Source of the DNA: an uncultured cyanobacterium
GTDB lineage: Bacteria > Cyanobacteriota > Cyanobacteriia > Cyanobacteriales > CAWUOF01
Assembly (NCBI GenBank): GCA_963744145.1
Contig: CAVUSO010000001.1
Coordinates: 5,728,001-5,792,000 of the forward strand
Length of the DNA: 64,000 nt
Direction: 5' to 3'
The notes beneath the pieces are model-generated. The model was not told the DNA's origin and searched no databases. It saw only the letters and a program-made list of their open reading frames with translations. Each line of letters begins with the position of its first letter. Within the stretch, counting starts at the first letter, position 1. Both the position numbers and the translations under genes were made by a program. Shown piece after piece: positions 41,522 through 51,604 of the stretch.

Positions 41522-44500
41522 ATGAAAATTAGAACTAAGCTAGTAATTGGATTTTTAAGCATTGCTTCTTTAGTAGGAATTTTAGGATTAATCAATATTA
41601 ATACTGAAAAAAATATCAATAAACACTTCCAGGACATTTCTAATATTAAAGCTCCCAGAATGCTAACTTTAGAAAAATTGAAAGTGGCTTGTTTAAAAAT
41701 AGTAGCTATTTCTAACAATCAAATTATTTTAGAATCTGCATCTGGAAATAATTCAGCTTATTTTATAGCTCAAACCAAAAATTTAGAAATTGCCAAAAAT
41801 AATTTACAAGTAGAATTAGATAATTTTAAAGAATTAGTTGATTTGGCCAATGAGCAAGAGATTTTTAGTAAACTAGAAATAGCCAAAGCCGAACTTTACT
41901 TAACTAGCAAATCTCTAATTGAAGCTAATAAAAATAAAATTAATCGCCAAAATATAACTGCCAAAATAATTGATTTAGCCCAAGCTGAAGCCAAATTGAT
42001 TGAAATTATCGACAACGCGATCGCTGAAGAAATAACTGCCATAGAAGCAGATAATAAATTAGCTAATCAGCAAGCAAGTGAAGCGATATATATTAATATT
42101 GCTGGGGTGATTGGAGTAGTATTAATTGCCAACTTAATCGGGTTAATTTTAGCGGCAAATATTGCCCGACCAATTGCCAAAATCAAGCAAGTTGCTAGTC
42201 AATTAGGACAAGGAAAATTAGATGTAAAAGTAGATATAAAATCGACCGATGAAATTGGAGTTTTAGCAGAAGCATTTAATCAGATGGTTGATAATTTAAA
42301 AAGAACAACAGTCTCCAAATACTATGTTGATAATATTATTAGATCAATGATGGACGCTTTAATCGTCCTCTCTCCAGATGCTAAGATCAAGACATTTAAT
42401 TTTGCGGCATTATTACTATTAGAATATGAAGACGAGGAATTAGCAGATAAATCGATCGACATCATTTTTGCCGAGCAAGATTTTTTCAAGCAATTTGAGA
42501 ATCAGACCTTAATGATTAACAGCTTTATTGGGAGAAAAGAAACCACATTATTAACAAAGAATGGTAAGCAAATTCCGGTATCTTTTGCAGCTTCAATTAT
42601 GCGCGATAGCGATGGGAAAATTCAGGGAATAGTTTGTTTAGCCCAAGATATATCGAAACGCAAACAATCCGAAATAGTCTTACGCAGACAAGCACTAACT
42701 TTTGAAAATATTTCTGATGGTGTAGTTTTGACAGATATGGAAGGAAATATCATCGATTGTAACCTAGCCGCAGAAAAAATGTTTGGGTATGAACAAGCAG
42801 AATTATTAGACAAAAGTACAGCAATATTTTATCGTCCCCAAGAAGCAAATGTATTGACATTATTAACTCTAGATGGATTAAGACGTACAGGAAAATGGTC
42901 TGGAGAAAACAAATTTATTCGTAAAGATGGTAGTATTGGAATTAGTGAAACAACAGTATTACCGATGCGAGATGAACGAAGCATTATGGTAACAGCGATT
43001 TGGGTACACCGCGATATTACAGAACGTAAACAAGCAGAAGAAGCGTTGAGATCCTCAGAAGCAAAATGGCGTTCATTAGTAGAAAATGCACCTGATATTA
43101 TTTTAACCCTTGATGAAACTGGGAAAATTTTATTTATCAATCGGAATGCTCCGGGATTAGCGATCGAAACAGCAATTGATAGCAGTATTTATAACTATAT
43201 ACCACCGGAAGCTTGTGGGGAATTACAAGAAGTAATCGAAAAAGTATTTAGCACAGGATTAGCTCAGAAATGTGAAATGGGAGGAATTGGTAGTCATGGG
43301 ATTAATGAATGGTATTCAGTGCGGATTGGACCGATTTTTAATAAGGGAAAAGTAGTTGCAGCTACATTAATTGGGACAGATATTAGCGATCGCAAACAAA
43401 TCGAAGAAGCATTAAGAACATCAGAGGAGAAATTAGAAAGTATTTTAGAATCACTCAATGATGTAGTTTGGTCAATTGCGGTGGAACCGTGGGAGATCCT
43501 ATACTTAAATCCAGCAACAGAAATAGTTTATGGTCGTGCAGTATCAGAATTTTTAGAAAATCCCAATCTTTGGTTTGAAGTAGTACATCCAGAAGAACGG
43601 GGGAGAATCAGATATTTTTGGGAACAAAGATTAACAACAGGTGCCAATGAATTAGAATATAAAATAATTCGACCAGATGGAGAAGTTCGCTGGATTCATG
43701 AACGAGGACAAGTAACCCGTGATCAAGATGGTACTGCGATCCGTTTAGAGGGAATTTCCACAGATATTACGGAACGGAAACGAGCAGAGGAAGCATTAAA
43801 ACAAGCAAATGAACAACTAGAAATTAGAGTGCAAGAAAGAACTAGAGAAGTAATGTTTGCATTTGGGCAATTACAGCAAGAAATATCAGAGCGTCGCTTA
43901 GTAGCAGAAGCATTGCGACAAAGTGAAGAACGACTAAATGGGATTCTCAATTCCCTCAATGATGTGGTTTGGTCAGCAGCTGCAAATACATTTAAAATTC
44001 TCTATATTAGTCCAGCAGCTGAAGCAATTTATGGTCGGACAGTATCGGAATTTTTTGAGCATGATCAACTGTGGATTGAGGTGATTCATCCTGAAGATAT
44101 TACCGTAGTTAAACAGATGACTGAAGACTATTTAGAAACAAATACAGTTGATATAGAATATCGAATTTTTCAGCCTAATGGTACTTTACGTTGGCTGCGT
44201 AATCGGTGGAGATTAGTTTATGATTCTGAAGGAGTAGCAATCAGGATTGATGGAATTGCCACGGATATTACTAATCGGAAAGAAGCAGAAGAAATTTTAC
44301 GAAAATCAGAAGCTCAAGCTACAGACGCAGCCAGAATTGCTCAAGAGCAAACTCAACAACTGGAATTGACTTTGAAAGAGTTGCAAAAAACACAAGCGCA
44401 GTTAATTCAGACTGAAAAAATGTCCAGTTTAGGACAATTAGTTGCTGGAGTTGCTCATGAAATTAATAATCCAATTAGCTTTATTTATGGTAATCTGACT

Positions 44501-45256
44501 CCCGCGAAAGAATATATTGGAGAACTGCGGAATTTATTGCAACTTTATCAACAGCATTATCCTCATCCAAGTAGTGAAATCCAAACCAAAATCGAAGAAA
44601 TGGAGTTAAACTTTTTATTTGCAGACTTAGAAAAACTGTTATTATCAATGCAAGTCGGAGCAGAAAGAATTCGGAATATTGTGTTAAGTTTGCGAAACTT
44701 TTCTCGTCTGGATGAATCCCAGATGAAAACAGTTGATATTCATGAAGGAATTGAGAATACACTGCTAATTTTGCAGCATCGTTTAAAGAGTAAACCAGGT
44801 ACTGCTGGGATTGAGGTGATTAAGGAATATGGTAATTTACCAAAAGTACAATGTTATGCTGGTCAATTGAACCAAGTATTTATGAATCTTTTATCAAATG
44901 CTACTGATGCACTTTTAACAGAAAATCATCAATTGGTAGTTGTAAATGGCAAAAATACTCAAGGTACAGGAGTCAATTCCACCTTACCAACTCCGACCAT
45001 TAAAATTCAGACTGAAGTTAGCAATAATCATAAGGTCGTGATTCGGATTAGTGATAATGGTCCAGGGATGACAGAACAAGTTCGGAAACGCATATTTGAT
45101 CCATTTTTTACAACTAAACCTGTCGGTCAGGGGACTGGATTAGGATTATCAATTAGTTATCAAATTATTGTTGATAAACACGGTGGAGAATTACATTGTA
45201 CTTCCACACCAGGAGCAGGAGCAGAATTTGCGATCGAATTGCCGATTACACAGTAA
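41522..45256 (+). CDS. Membrane sensor histidine kinase (helical sensor, HAMP, about five PAS, HisKA, HATPase)
   Basis: DEIGVLAEAFNQM HAMP, repeated PAS/PAC (DITERK), AHEINNP, DNGPG, GTGLGL. Confidence 0.93.
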   Translation: MKIRTKLVIGFLSIASLVGILGLININTEKNINKHFQDISNIKAPRMLTLEKLKVACLKIVAISNNQIILESASGNNSAYFIAQTKNLEIAKNNLQVELDNFKELVDLANEQEIFSKLEIAKAELYLTSKSLIEANKNKINRQNITAKIIDLAQAEAKLIEIIDNAIAEEITAIEADNKLANQQASEAIYINIAGVIGVVLIANLIGLILAANIARPIAKIKQVASQLGQGKLDVKVDIKSTDEIGVLAEAFNQMVDNLKRTTVSKYYVDNIIRSMMDALIVLSPDAKIKTFNFAALLLLEYEDEELADKSIDIIFAEQDFFKQFENQTLMINSFIGRKETTLLTKNGKQIPVSFAASIMRDSDGKIQGIVCLAQDISKRKQSEIVLRRQALTFENISDGVVLTDMEGNIIDCNLAAEKMFGYEQAELLDKSTAIFYRPQEANVLTLLTLDGLRRTGKWSGENKFIRKDGSIGISETTVLPMRDERSIMVTAIWVHRDITERKQAEEALRSSEAKWRSLVENAPDIILTLDETGKILFINRNAPGLAIETAIDSSIYNYIPPEACGELQEVIEKVFSTGLAQKCEMGGIGSHGINEWYSVRIGPIFNKGKVVAATLIGTDISDRKQIEEALRTSEEKLESILESLNDVVWSIAVEPWEILYLNPATEIVYGRAVSEFLENPNLWFEVVHPEERGRIRYFWEQRLTTGANELEYKIIRPDGEVRWIHERGQVTRDQDGTAIRLEGISTDITERKRAEEALKQANEQLEIRVQERTREVMFAFGQLQQEISERRLVAEALRQSEERLNGILNSLNDVVWSAAANTFKILYISPAAEAIYGRTVSEFFEHDQLWIEVIHPEDITVVKQMTEDYLETNTVDIEYRIFQPNGTLRWLRNRWRLVYDSEGVAIRIDGIATDITNRKEAEEILRKSEAQATDAARIAQEQTQQLELTLKELQKTQAQLIQTEKMSSLGQLVAGVAHEINNPISFIYGNLTPAKEYIGELRNLLQLYQQHYPHPSSEIQTKIEEMELNFLFADLEKLLLSMQVGAERIRNIVLSLRNFSRLDESQMKTVDIHEGIENTLLILQHRLKSKPGTAGIEVIKEYGNLPKVQCYAGQLNQVFMNLLSNATDALLTENHQLVVVNGKNTQGTGVNSTLPTPTIKIQTEVSNNHKVVIRISDNGPGMTEQVRKRIFDPFFTTKPVGQGTGLGLSISYQIIVDKHGGELHCTSTPGAGAEFAIELPITQ

Positions 45257-45295
45257 TCTAGAGTAATAAAATGTTGTTTAATTCCTCTTACTCTG

Positions 45296-45874
45296 TTGAA
45301 TCACACTATTCAGCTTTTTCAGGTTCAAAACCAGCAGTTAGTAGATGCTATCCTAACTGAAGTAACGGATAAACATCTTGAGGATGCCAATAGTCTTTGG
45401 GAGCCTATTCTAGATGGCAGTGGCCAAGATGACGAGTATTGGAACTGGGTTCGCAAGAGCCGTATGGCTAAGTTACTTCCTGGTGATGAGTTGTATGCTA
45501 TTGAATGTAATGGCATGACCCAAGGATTGATGATGCTTGATGTTTTGAAAAAACGCTGTCAGATAGAATCTCAATTACGACATCGATTAGTATATATTAG
45601 TGCCTTGGCAACTGCCCCTTGGAACCGATCTTTGATCACAAACCCTCCAATCTACAAAGGAGTTGGGGGAAATCTGGTAGATTTTGCGATCGCCAGGAGC
45701 CACGAACTGGGTTATCATGGTAGGATCGGGCTACACGCTCTGCCAGGTGCGCTAGGATTTTATAGAAAGCTTAAAATTGGATTGCTTGATAGCGGTCCTG
45801 ATCCTGAAGAACCTGATCACCTAGTTTATTTTGAAACTCTACGGATGGCAACCCATGACCCAATCGATTCCTAG
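45296..45874 (+). CDS. GNAT-family acetyltransferase-like protein
   Basis: LATAPWNR, YKGVG, GLHALPGALGFY. Confidence 0.75.
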   Translation: MNHTIQLFQVQNQQLVDAILTEVTDKHLEDANSLWEPILDGSGQDDEYWNWVRKSRMAKLLPGDELYAIECNGMTQGLMMLDVLKKRCQIESQLRHRLVYISALATAPWNRSLITNPPIYKGVGGNLVDFAIARSHELGYHGRIGLHALPGALGFYRKLKIGLLDSGPDPEEPDHLVYFETLRMATHDPIDS

Positions 45875-46523
45875 TAAGTCGAAATCTACATCTGATGAAG
45901 TTGCTCACTATCAACGTTTGATGGAGTTAGTTGAAGCAGAAGATGCTAGTCAAGGAGAAGTTGGTTGTGGAGGAAATAGGGGAAAAAGGATTTTGGAATA
46001 TTTCAGTACCCGTGGAATCACTTTTGATGATGAAAAACTAACGAGTTTGTTGCGAGAGCATTTAGGGCATATTCTGAAAGAGCCGGATTTTGATTCAATC
46101 ACAAGTCAGCTTCAGCGTCAAATTGAATCTCTGATAGTCCCATCATTTAGTCATCCATTAAGTTCTTCGTCTCCGTCAGCTTTAGTAGAAGTAACAGAAC
46201 ATATTCCAACTGACAAACTTAAAGCTTTATTTCAGTTCCATAATGCCGAGTTTTGTTCTGAAAAGATTTTAGAACAACTGGTTGATTTTAGCCATCAGAT
46301 CATCCATAAAGCAGTGCTACATCCGCGACATACCTGGTCTAAGCCAATTTGGGTGTTCAGAGGTGAAACACAGATTTATATTGTTCAGGCAATAGGAATT
46401 GAGGACGCGATCGCTAAAGTTAAGCTTCAGCACCCCCAGGAAATAGGGAATTTGGAAGTGATCAGAGTCGGGGGTGTTTTAGCACCAGATCAGGCGATCG
46501 CTCTAGATAAGTCACTTTTATGA
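45855..46523 (+). CDS. Hypothetical protein overlapping the GNAT gene
   Basis: ATG 45855 lies within the GNAT 3' end; 222 aa. Confidence 0.6.
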   Translation: MTQSIPSKSKSTSDEVAHYQRLMELVEAEDASQGEVGCGGNRGKRILEYFSTRGITFDDEKLTSLLREHLGHILKEPDFDSITSQLQRQIESLIVPSFSHPLSSSSPSALVEVTEHIPTDKLKALFQFHNAEFCSEKILEQLVDFSHQIIHKAVLHPRHTWSKPIWVFRGETQIYIVQAIGIEDAIAKVKLQHPQEIGNLEVIRVGGVLAPDQAIALDKSLL

Positions 46524-46530
46524 TTCTATT

Positions 46531-48136
46531 TTAGAAAGCAAAAGTTGTTCTAATCGTCCCAATAACACCATCAGAATTAGCCGAATTTTGATTGGGAGAA
46601 GTGATCCAAATGATCCCTGGTGTAATAGAAATATGGTCAGTAACTTGGTATTTATAAAAAGCTTCTAGATGAAGCGACAAATTGTTAGGACGAGCTGATC
46701 CTGAGATAGGGCTCTGCTCCCACTACAATCCCACCAAGATTCCCTTTTTTGCCCAGATCCGGTAACCCTAGTCCTAAACCATAATACCAAATATCGGCAC
46801 TAGCATGAGTCTTAGGATTTTCAGCATCAGTGTAGCCAAAAAAGCCATTAACGGTAAAGCGAGGGCTAAAGCGATAAAATCCAGATGTTCCATAGGAATT
46901 CGTAGCAGCTCGACCTGAAAAAGGAGTGTTAGCAGGGGCATTTCCTATTTTTGTTCCCCCTGTCCCAAAATCAAAAATCGGTCCATTAGGTTGATAAGCA
47001 TTTATGTATGTAAAAGCGATCCCAAACTGATCATTAGGTGACCAAGCAAGTTGACCGAGCGCACTATATTCACCATTAAATAAACCGTTTCCTGAACTCG
47101 GATTACTAGCAACATCATCCCCTGCAAAATAACCCCCACTCAAGGTTAATTTTTTGGTTAATTTATAATTCAGTCCAATGCCCTCCCCACCACCAATGGT
47201 ATAAATTGGATTAAATTGTGCGAAAATACTCAGTGCTTTTTTACCTCCTGTACCACCACCCAGAACAGGATTAAAAACCGGAGCGAAATCCCACCAACGA
47301 CCACTATAGGCAGGAATATAAACATAAAGCCGATCGTTAATAGGAAATTCGTAGGATAACCAATCTAGATTAATACTATTATTACCTGGTGGTAGATTAA
47401 ATGTTTGATTACCCTCCGCGTTAGAGGGATAGCCAGGAAATTGTAGTCTTTGACCGTTACCTGCTGCGAGTCGGATGGTTAAAATGTCTTTCCCTGTAAA
47501 ACTCGATTCTAGAACAAGACGTAATCGATCTTGAAAAACAGGAATACTTCCCTTTGTGGAACCTTGATATGCACCTGTGAAAGCAAAGATTGCTTCTCCT
47601 GTTAGTTTTGTTGTGCTTGAGAATTGATGAGCTTTTAGGTAAGCATTACGGCTTTCCAAATTGTCGATCCGTTTTCCTAGGGTGGCTAATTCAGTGGAAA
47701 ATTGCTTGGTTAATTGATTTAATTTGTCAATATCTTCTCGCCGTACCCCATTATTTTCTTGCAGTAACTTGGTTAGGGGCTCGATACAAGCATTTAAAAG
47801 ACCCGCAAATTCCCAACGAGTAAGAGCTCGATTACCTCGAAATGTTTGATCGGGATAACCAGTAACACACCTATAGCGTTCAACTAAACTCTTGAGAGCT
47901 TCATAAGCCCAATCCGTTGGTTGCACATCGCGTAATTGCGATACAGAGTTTATTTGGTCTAATGAATTCCCTGGAGTCAGATTGATGGGGTCTGATGATT
48001 GAGCAATAGAAGTTGACTTTGAGGGTGTTAACAATAGATTTGGAGAGTTCTCAGCTTGAGCGGGGGCGATCGCCAATAATGCTATGCCAAAGATAACTGT
48101 TCTAGTCAGTAATTGCCTATAAATTTGATTTTTCAC
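46531..48136 (-). pseudogene. SLH + OprB-type cyanobacterial porin, frameshifted near the C-terminus
   Basis: SLH (DVQPTDWAYEAL, TRWEFA), FSSTTKLTGE; missing C-terminus (LHLEAFYKYQ...IRTTFAF*) lies in another frame at 46531-46700. Confidence 0.85.
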
Positions 48137-48255
48137 AGTTAAATAGACTCCTCACACACCAAAGTATTGCTATACCTAAAGCACAAAACTTTGGCATAGT
48201 CATAACAAAACTTTTGACCAATCAGGTTGATTGATCAGTTACTCAAACTCATAAA

Positions 48256-48281
48256 TACTGTAATTCGATAGACATTGCGTA
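48256..48281 (-). promoter_or_regulatory. Candidate operator, porin side
   Basis: TACGCAATGTCTATCGAATTACAGTA on the - strand matches 48417-48442. Confidence 0.55.
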
Positions 48282-48376
48282 GTTTGAGCGGTAAGGTCTG
48301 AATTATGACACATCTTTTTAAGGAAAACAAGCTCTGTCAGAAATTTTTTTAGATTCATTTTGTGGGATTTATGGCA

Positions 48377-48406
48377 TTGACTTTTGATATTTAACTACGC
48401 TATGAT
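48377..48406 (+). promoter_or_regulatory. Putative sigma70-type promoter of the tau operon
   Basis: TTGACT-18 bp-TATGAT upstream of tauC. Confidence 0.5.
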
Positions 48407-48416
48407 GCTGCAAAAG

Positions 48417-48442
48417 TACATAAACCTTATCGACATACAGTA
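48417..48442 (+). promoter_or_regulatory. Candidate operator, tau side
   Basis: TACATAAACCTTATCGACATACAGTA just downstream of the -10 box. Confidence 0.55.
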
Positions 48443-48514
48443 TTTTGTTGCATAAGAAACTTTTTCGCAGCCAAAATGCCATCCTGATCAAACAGTTGCA
48501 AGGCTCTAAATGTT

Positions 48515-49363
48515 ATGGTGTCAAAGATAGGACAAGATCAAACGCGCCGATCACCTCATCCCAGAGGAAAACCTGGGAGAATCATTACTCGATTTTTCAG
48601 CTCAGAGAAGGGGATTTCTTTCGCTTCGGTGCTGGTGGTGCTTTTACTTTGGTACACCATTACCACCTTAAACTGGGTCAATCCTCTATTTTTGCCCTCT
48701 CCGATTGCCGTTTGGTCAGCGTTTATTGAAATCTTCAACAATGGCTATAAGGGTAATTCCTTGGGATACCATATCTTTCAAAGTATGTTGCGGTTAGTAA
48801 TAGCGTTAATTGTAGCGATCACCACCGCAATCCCGTTAGGAATGTTATGTGGTTTCTCAAAACCGATACGGGCAGCATTTGATCCCATCATTGAGTTCTA
48901 TCGACCCTTACCTCCCTTAGCTTATTACACGCTGTTAGTCCTTTGGTTGGGTATTGAAAATCCCTCAAAGATAGCGTTGTTATTTCTAGCAGCTTTTGCA
49001 CCCTTATTCCTAGCCGTAGTTTCTGGGGTGGAACGGATTTCTCTAGATCGCATTAATGGAGCGAAATCCTTAGGAGCATCAGGTTGGCAATTATTTATTT
49101 ATGTCATTTTTCCGTCCTGTTTACCCGAAATTTTTACAGGATTACGAACAGCGATCGGAGTTTCTTATTCAACCTTAGTCGCAGCCGAAATGGTAGCTGC
49201 TGTTTCCGGAATTGGCTGGATGGTTTTAGATGCTAGTAAGTTTCTCAGAAGTGATGTCATTTTCGTTGGCATTATCATCATGGGAGTCATTGCTATTTTA
49301 ATCGATACAGTCATCCGTTGGATTCAAAAAACGCAATTGCCTTGGATTGGTCGAGATACTTAA
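48515..49363 (+). CDS. tauC: Taurine/sulfonate ABC transporter permease
   Basis: LPSP, DPIIEFYRPLPPLAY, LVAAEMVAA.SG.G. Confidence 0.85.
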   Translation: MVSKIGQDQTRRSPHPRGKPGRIITRFFSSEKGISFASVLVVLLLWYTITTLNWVNPLFLPSPIAVWSAFIEIFNNGYKGNSLGYHIFQSMLRLVIALIVAITTAIPLGMLCGFSKPIRAAFDPIIEFYRPLPPLAYYTLLVLWLGIENPSKIALLFLAAFAPLFLAVVSGVERISLDRINGAKSLGASGWQLFIYVIFPSCLPEIFTGLRTAIGVSYSTLVAAEMVAAVSGIGWMVLDASKFLRSDVIFVGIIIMGVIAILIDTVIRWIQKTQLPWIGRDT

Positions 49364-49421
49364 AGAGCCTTTAATCAGTTTGGCATATTAAATCAAATTT
49401 AATTTCTGAAGAAAAAACATC

Positions 49422-50504
49422 ATGGGTCTAAAACGCAGAGAGGTTTTGTTAGGTTTAGCTAGTGCCAGTTTACCCATTATCCTGGCTAGTTGCGGTGGAG
49501 CAAAAAAGGAAGAAACACCTAATCCAACAAAAGGGAGCAATACATCTTCTCCTTCCTCTTCCTCTGTACCAGCTAATAATACTGGGCAAGTTCCTGATCA
49601 AATCCGCATTGGTTATCAAGTAATTCCGAATCCCGCATTATTAGCAAAAGCATTGGGGTTAGCAACTAAGGCTTTTCCTAATTCCAAAGTTGAGTATATT
49701 AGCTTCGATTCAGGAAGAGATGTAAATACTGCGATCGCCGCTAAAGGAATTGATTTTGGAGTTTTGGGTTCAGTTCCTGCTAGTGTCGGTATTGCTCAAG
49801 GTTTAAAATACCAAGTCTATTTCATTCAGGATGTGATCGGAGCCGCCGAAGCTCTTGTTGTTAAGAAAGACATTAAAAATCTAGCAGATTTGAAAGGTAA
49901 AAAAATCGCTACTCCCTTTGGTTCAACCGCCCATTTTTCCCTGGAATCTTTATTACAACAGGAAAATATTTCTGAGAAAGACTTACAAATTTTAGACTTG
50001 CAACCTCCTGATATTGTAGCAGCTTGGAGTAGGGGAGATATTGATGCTAGTTACCTGTGGCAACCCAATCTCGGTAAATTACAAAAAGCCGAGGGGACGG
50101 TTCTGATTACATCAGCCGATTTAGCTAAAAAAGGAGTTGTAACTGCTGATTTAGACGTGGTTAGTAAGGAATTTGCTGACAAATATCCCGATGTAGTGAA
50201 ACGCTATGTAGGGGTTTTAGATGAAGCAATTAAAACCTATCGCAGTGATTCTAAAACCGCGACCCAATCTCTAGCTAAAGAATTAAATATTACACCAGAA
50301 GAAACAGAATCATCGGTAAAAGAATTACTTTGGTTAGATTCAACGGAACAAAAAGATCCCAAATATTTAGGTGCTACTGATCAACCAGGTGATTTAGCTA
50401 AAATCTTAAAAAATCAAGCTGATTTTGCCGTTGCTCAGAAAAAAATTACCTCTGCACCTGATTTAGCTGTCTATCAACAGAGTCTTTATACTAAGGTTCT
50501 GTAA
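49422..50504 (+). CDS. tauA: Taurine/sulfonate ABC substrate-binding lipoprotein
   Basis: Lipobox LASC, FDSG.DV, ATPFGSTAHF, AAW.RGDIDA. Confidence 0.82.
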   Translation: MGLKRREVLLGLASASLPIILASCGGAKKEETPNPTKGSNTSSPSSSSVPANNTGQVPDQIRIGYQVIPNPALLAKALGLATKAFPNSKVEYISFDSGRDVNTAIAAKGIDFGVLGSVPASVGIAQGLKYQVYFIQDVIGAAEALVVKKDIKNLADLKGKKIATPFGSTAHFSLESLLQQENISEKDLQILDLQPPDIVAAWSRGDIDASYLWQPNLGKLQKAEGTVLITSADLAKKGVVTADLDVVSKEFADKYPDVVKRYVGVLDEAIKTYRSDSKTATQSLAKELNITPEETESSVKELLWLDSTEQKDPKYLGATDQPGDLAKILKNQADFAVAQKKITSAPDLAVYQQSLYTKVL

Positions 50505-51391
50505 TGTCTTTTTTATCCTCTGTTATTGTTTCAAAAATCCCTAATCCTATGACTGCTTTTTCCTCTACTCAAACCCTCGTTAGTCAAAAAACAGACCAAA
50601 ATCAAAACGCGATCGCTTCTCTTACTCAAATTGGAGTAACTTTTGGGAGGGGCAGTAATACCAATGAAGTTTTACATGATATTAATTTAGACCTAAACTT
50701 AGGAGATTTTGTCTGTGTTTTGGGATCATCGGGCTGTGGTAAAACCACACTTTTAAGAGTATTAGCGGGCTATCAACCTTTAACAAAGGGAAAAGTAACA
50801 GTAGCAGGTAAAGTCCATACTAAACCCAATCCTGATGTGGGAGTTGTCTTTCAACGTCCTAATTTGTTTCCTTGGTTAACGATCGCGGGTAACGTCGAGT
50901 TTGGTCCCAAAATGAAAGGAATCAATCCATGGGAACGTCGAGAGCGAGTTGCTAATACTTTAGAGATTGTGGATTTGAGCCACGCTGCCAATTATTTACC
51001 CTATCAACTATCAGGAGGAATGCAACAACGGGCTGCGATCGCCCGCACCTTAGCAGCAGAACCCCAAATCATTTTAATGGATGAACCCTTTGGGGCTTTA
51101 GATGCACTTACCCGTGAATCAATTCAAATCCATCTGAGAAACATTTGGAAACGTACCCAAAAAACGATCTTTTTTATTACCCATGATGTCGAAGAAGCCT
51201 TACTACTCGGTACTCGAATTATTGTCATGCACGCTCGTCCAGGACGGATTGTCAAAGAATTTATCAATCCCTTTGCTCACCGACCAGCAGAAGAAACTGC
51301 TACCAATTTAAGAATTTCTAAGGAATTTGTGGAAGCAAGAGAATTTCTGGTTAATAGCATTCGGAGCGATAAAACTGGAACAGAAAGCTGA
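50504..51391 (+). CDS. tauB: Taurine/sulfonate ABC ATP-binding protein
   Basis: GSSGCGKTT, LSGGMQQR, MDEPFGALD, ITHD. Confidence 0.85.
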   Translation: MSFLSSVIVSKIPNPMTAFSSTQTLVSQKTDQNQNAIASLTQIGVTFGRGSNTNEVLHDINLDLNLGDFVCVLGSSGCGKTTLLRVLAGYQPLTKGKVTVAGKVHTKPNPDVGVVFQRPNLFPWLTIAGNVEFGPKMKGINPWERRERVANTLEIVDLSHAANYLPYQLSGGMQQRAAIARTLAAEPQIILMDEPFGALDALTRESIQIHLRNIWKRTQKTIFFITHDVEEALLLGTRIIVMHARPGRIVKEFINPFAHRPAEETATNLRISKEFVEAREFLVNSIRSDKTGTES

Positions 51392-51415
51392 TCTTGAATG
51401 GGATCAGAGGTTATC

Positions 51416-51571
51416 TAATACGGTTCGGTTAAGTGTAGGGGCGTTCGCGTAGCGTGCCGGAGGCATAGCATTCGGGCGACAATTGAACGCTCAAATGAGT
51501 AATATTAGACCCGAATGCTTCGCCCAACTTCCGTCGATATCTCCCAAAATATCCTTAAACGAACCGTATTG
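51416..51571. mobile_element. 156-bp MITE with ~18-bp TIRs and 10-bp target duplication, carrying a REP hairpin
   Basis: TAATACGGTTCGGTTAAG ... CTTAAACGAACCGTATTG flanked by AGAGGTTATC at 51406-51415 and 51572-51581. Confidence 0.88.
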
Positions 51572-51604
51572 AGAGGTTATCTAATTTTAGCGGAGAGTAC
51601 ATCT

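Noticed and set aside
51515..51604. N-terminal extension of TauD in the ORF track
   Set aside because: Start codon lies inside the MITE; an RBS precedes ATG 51605
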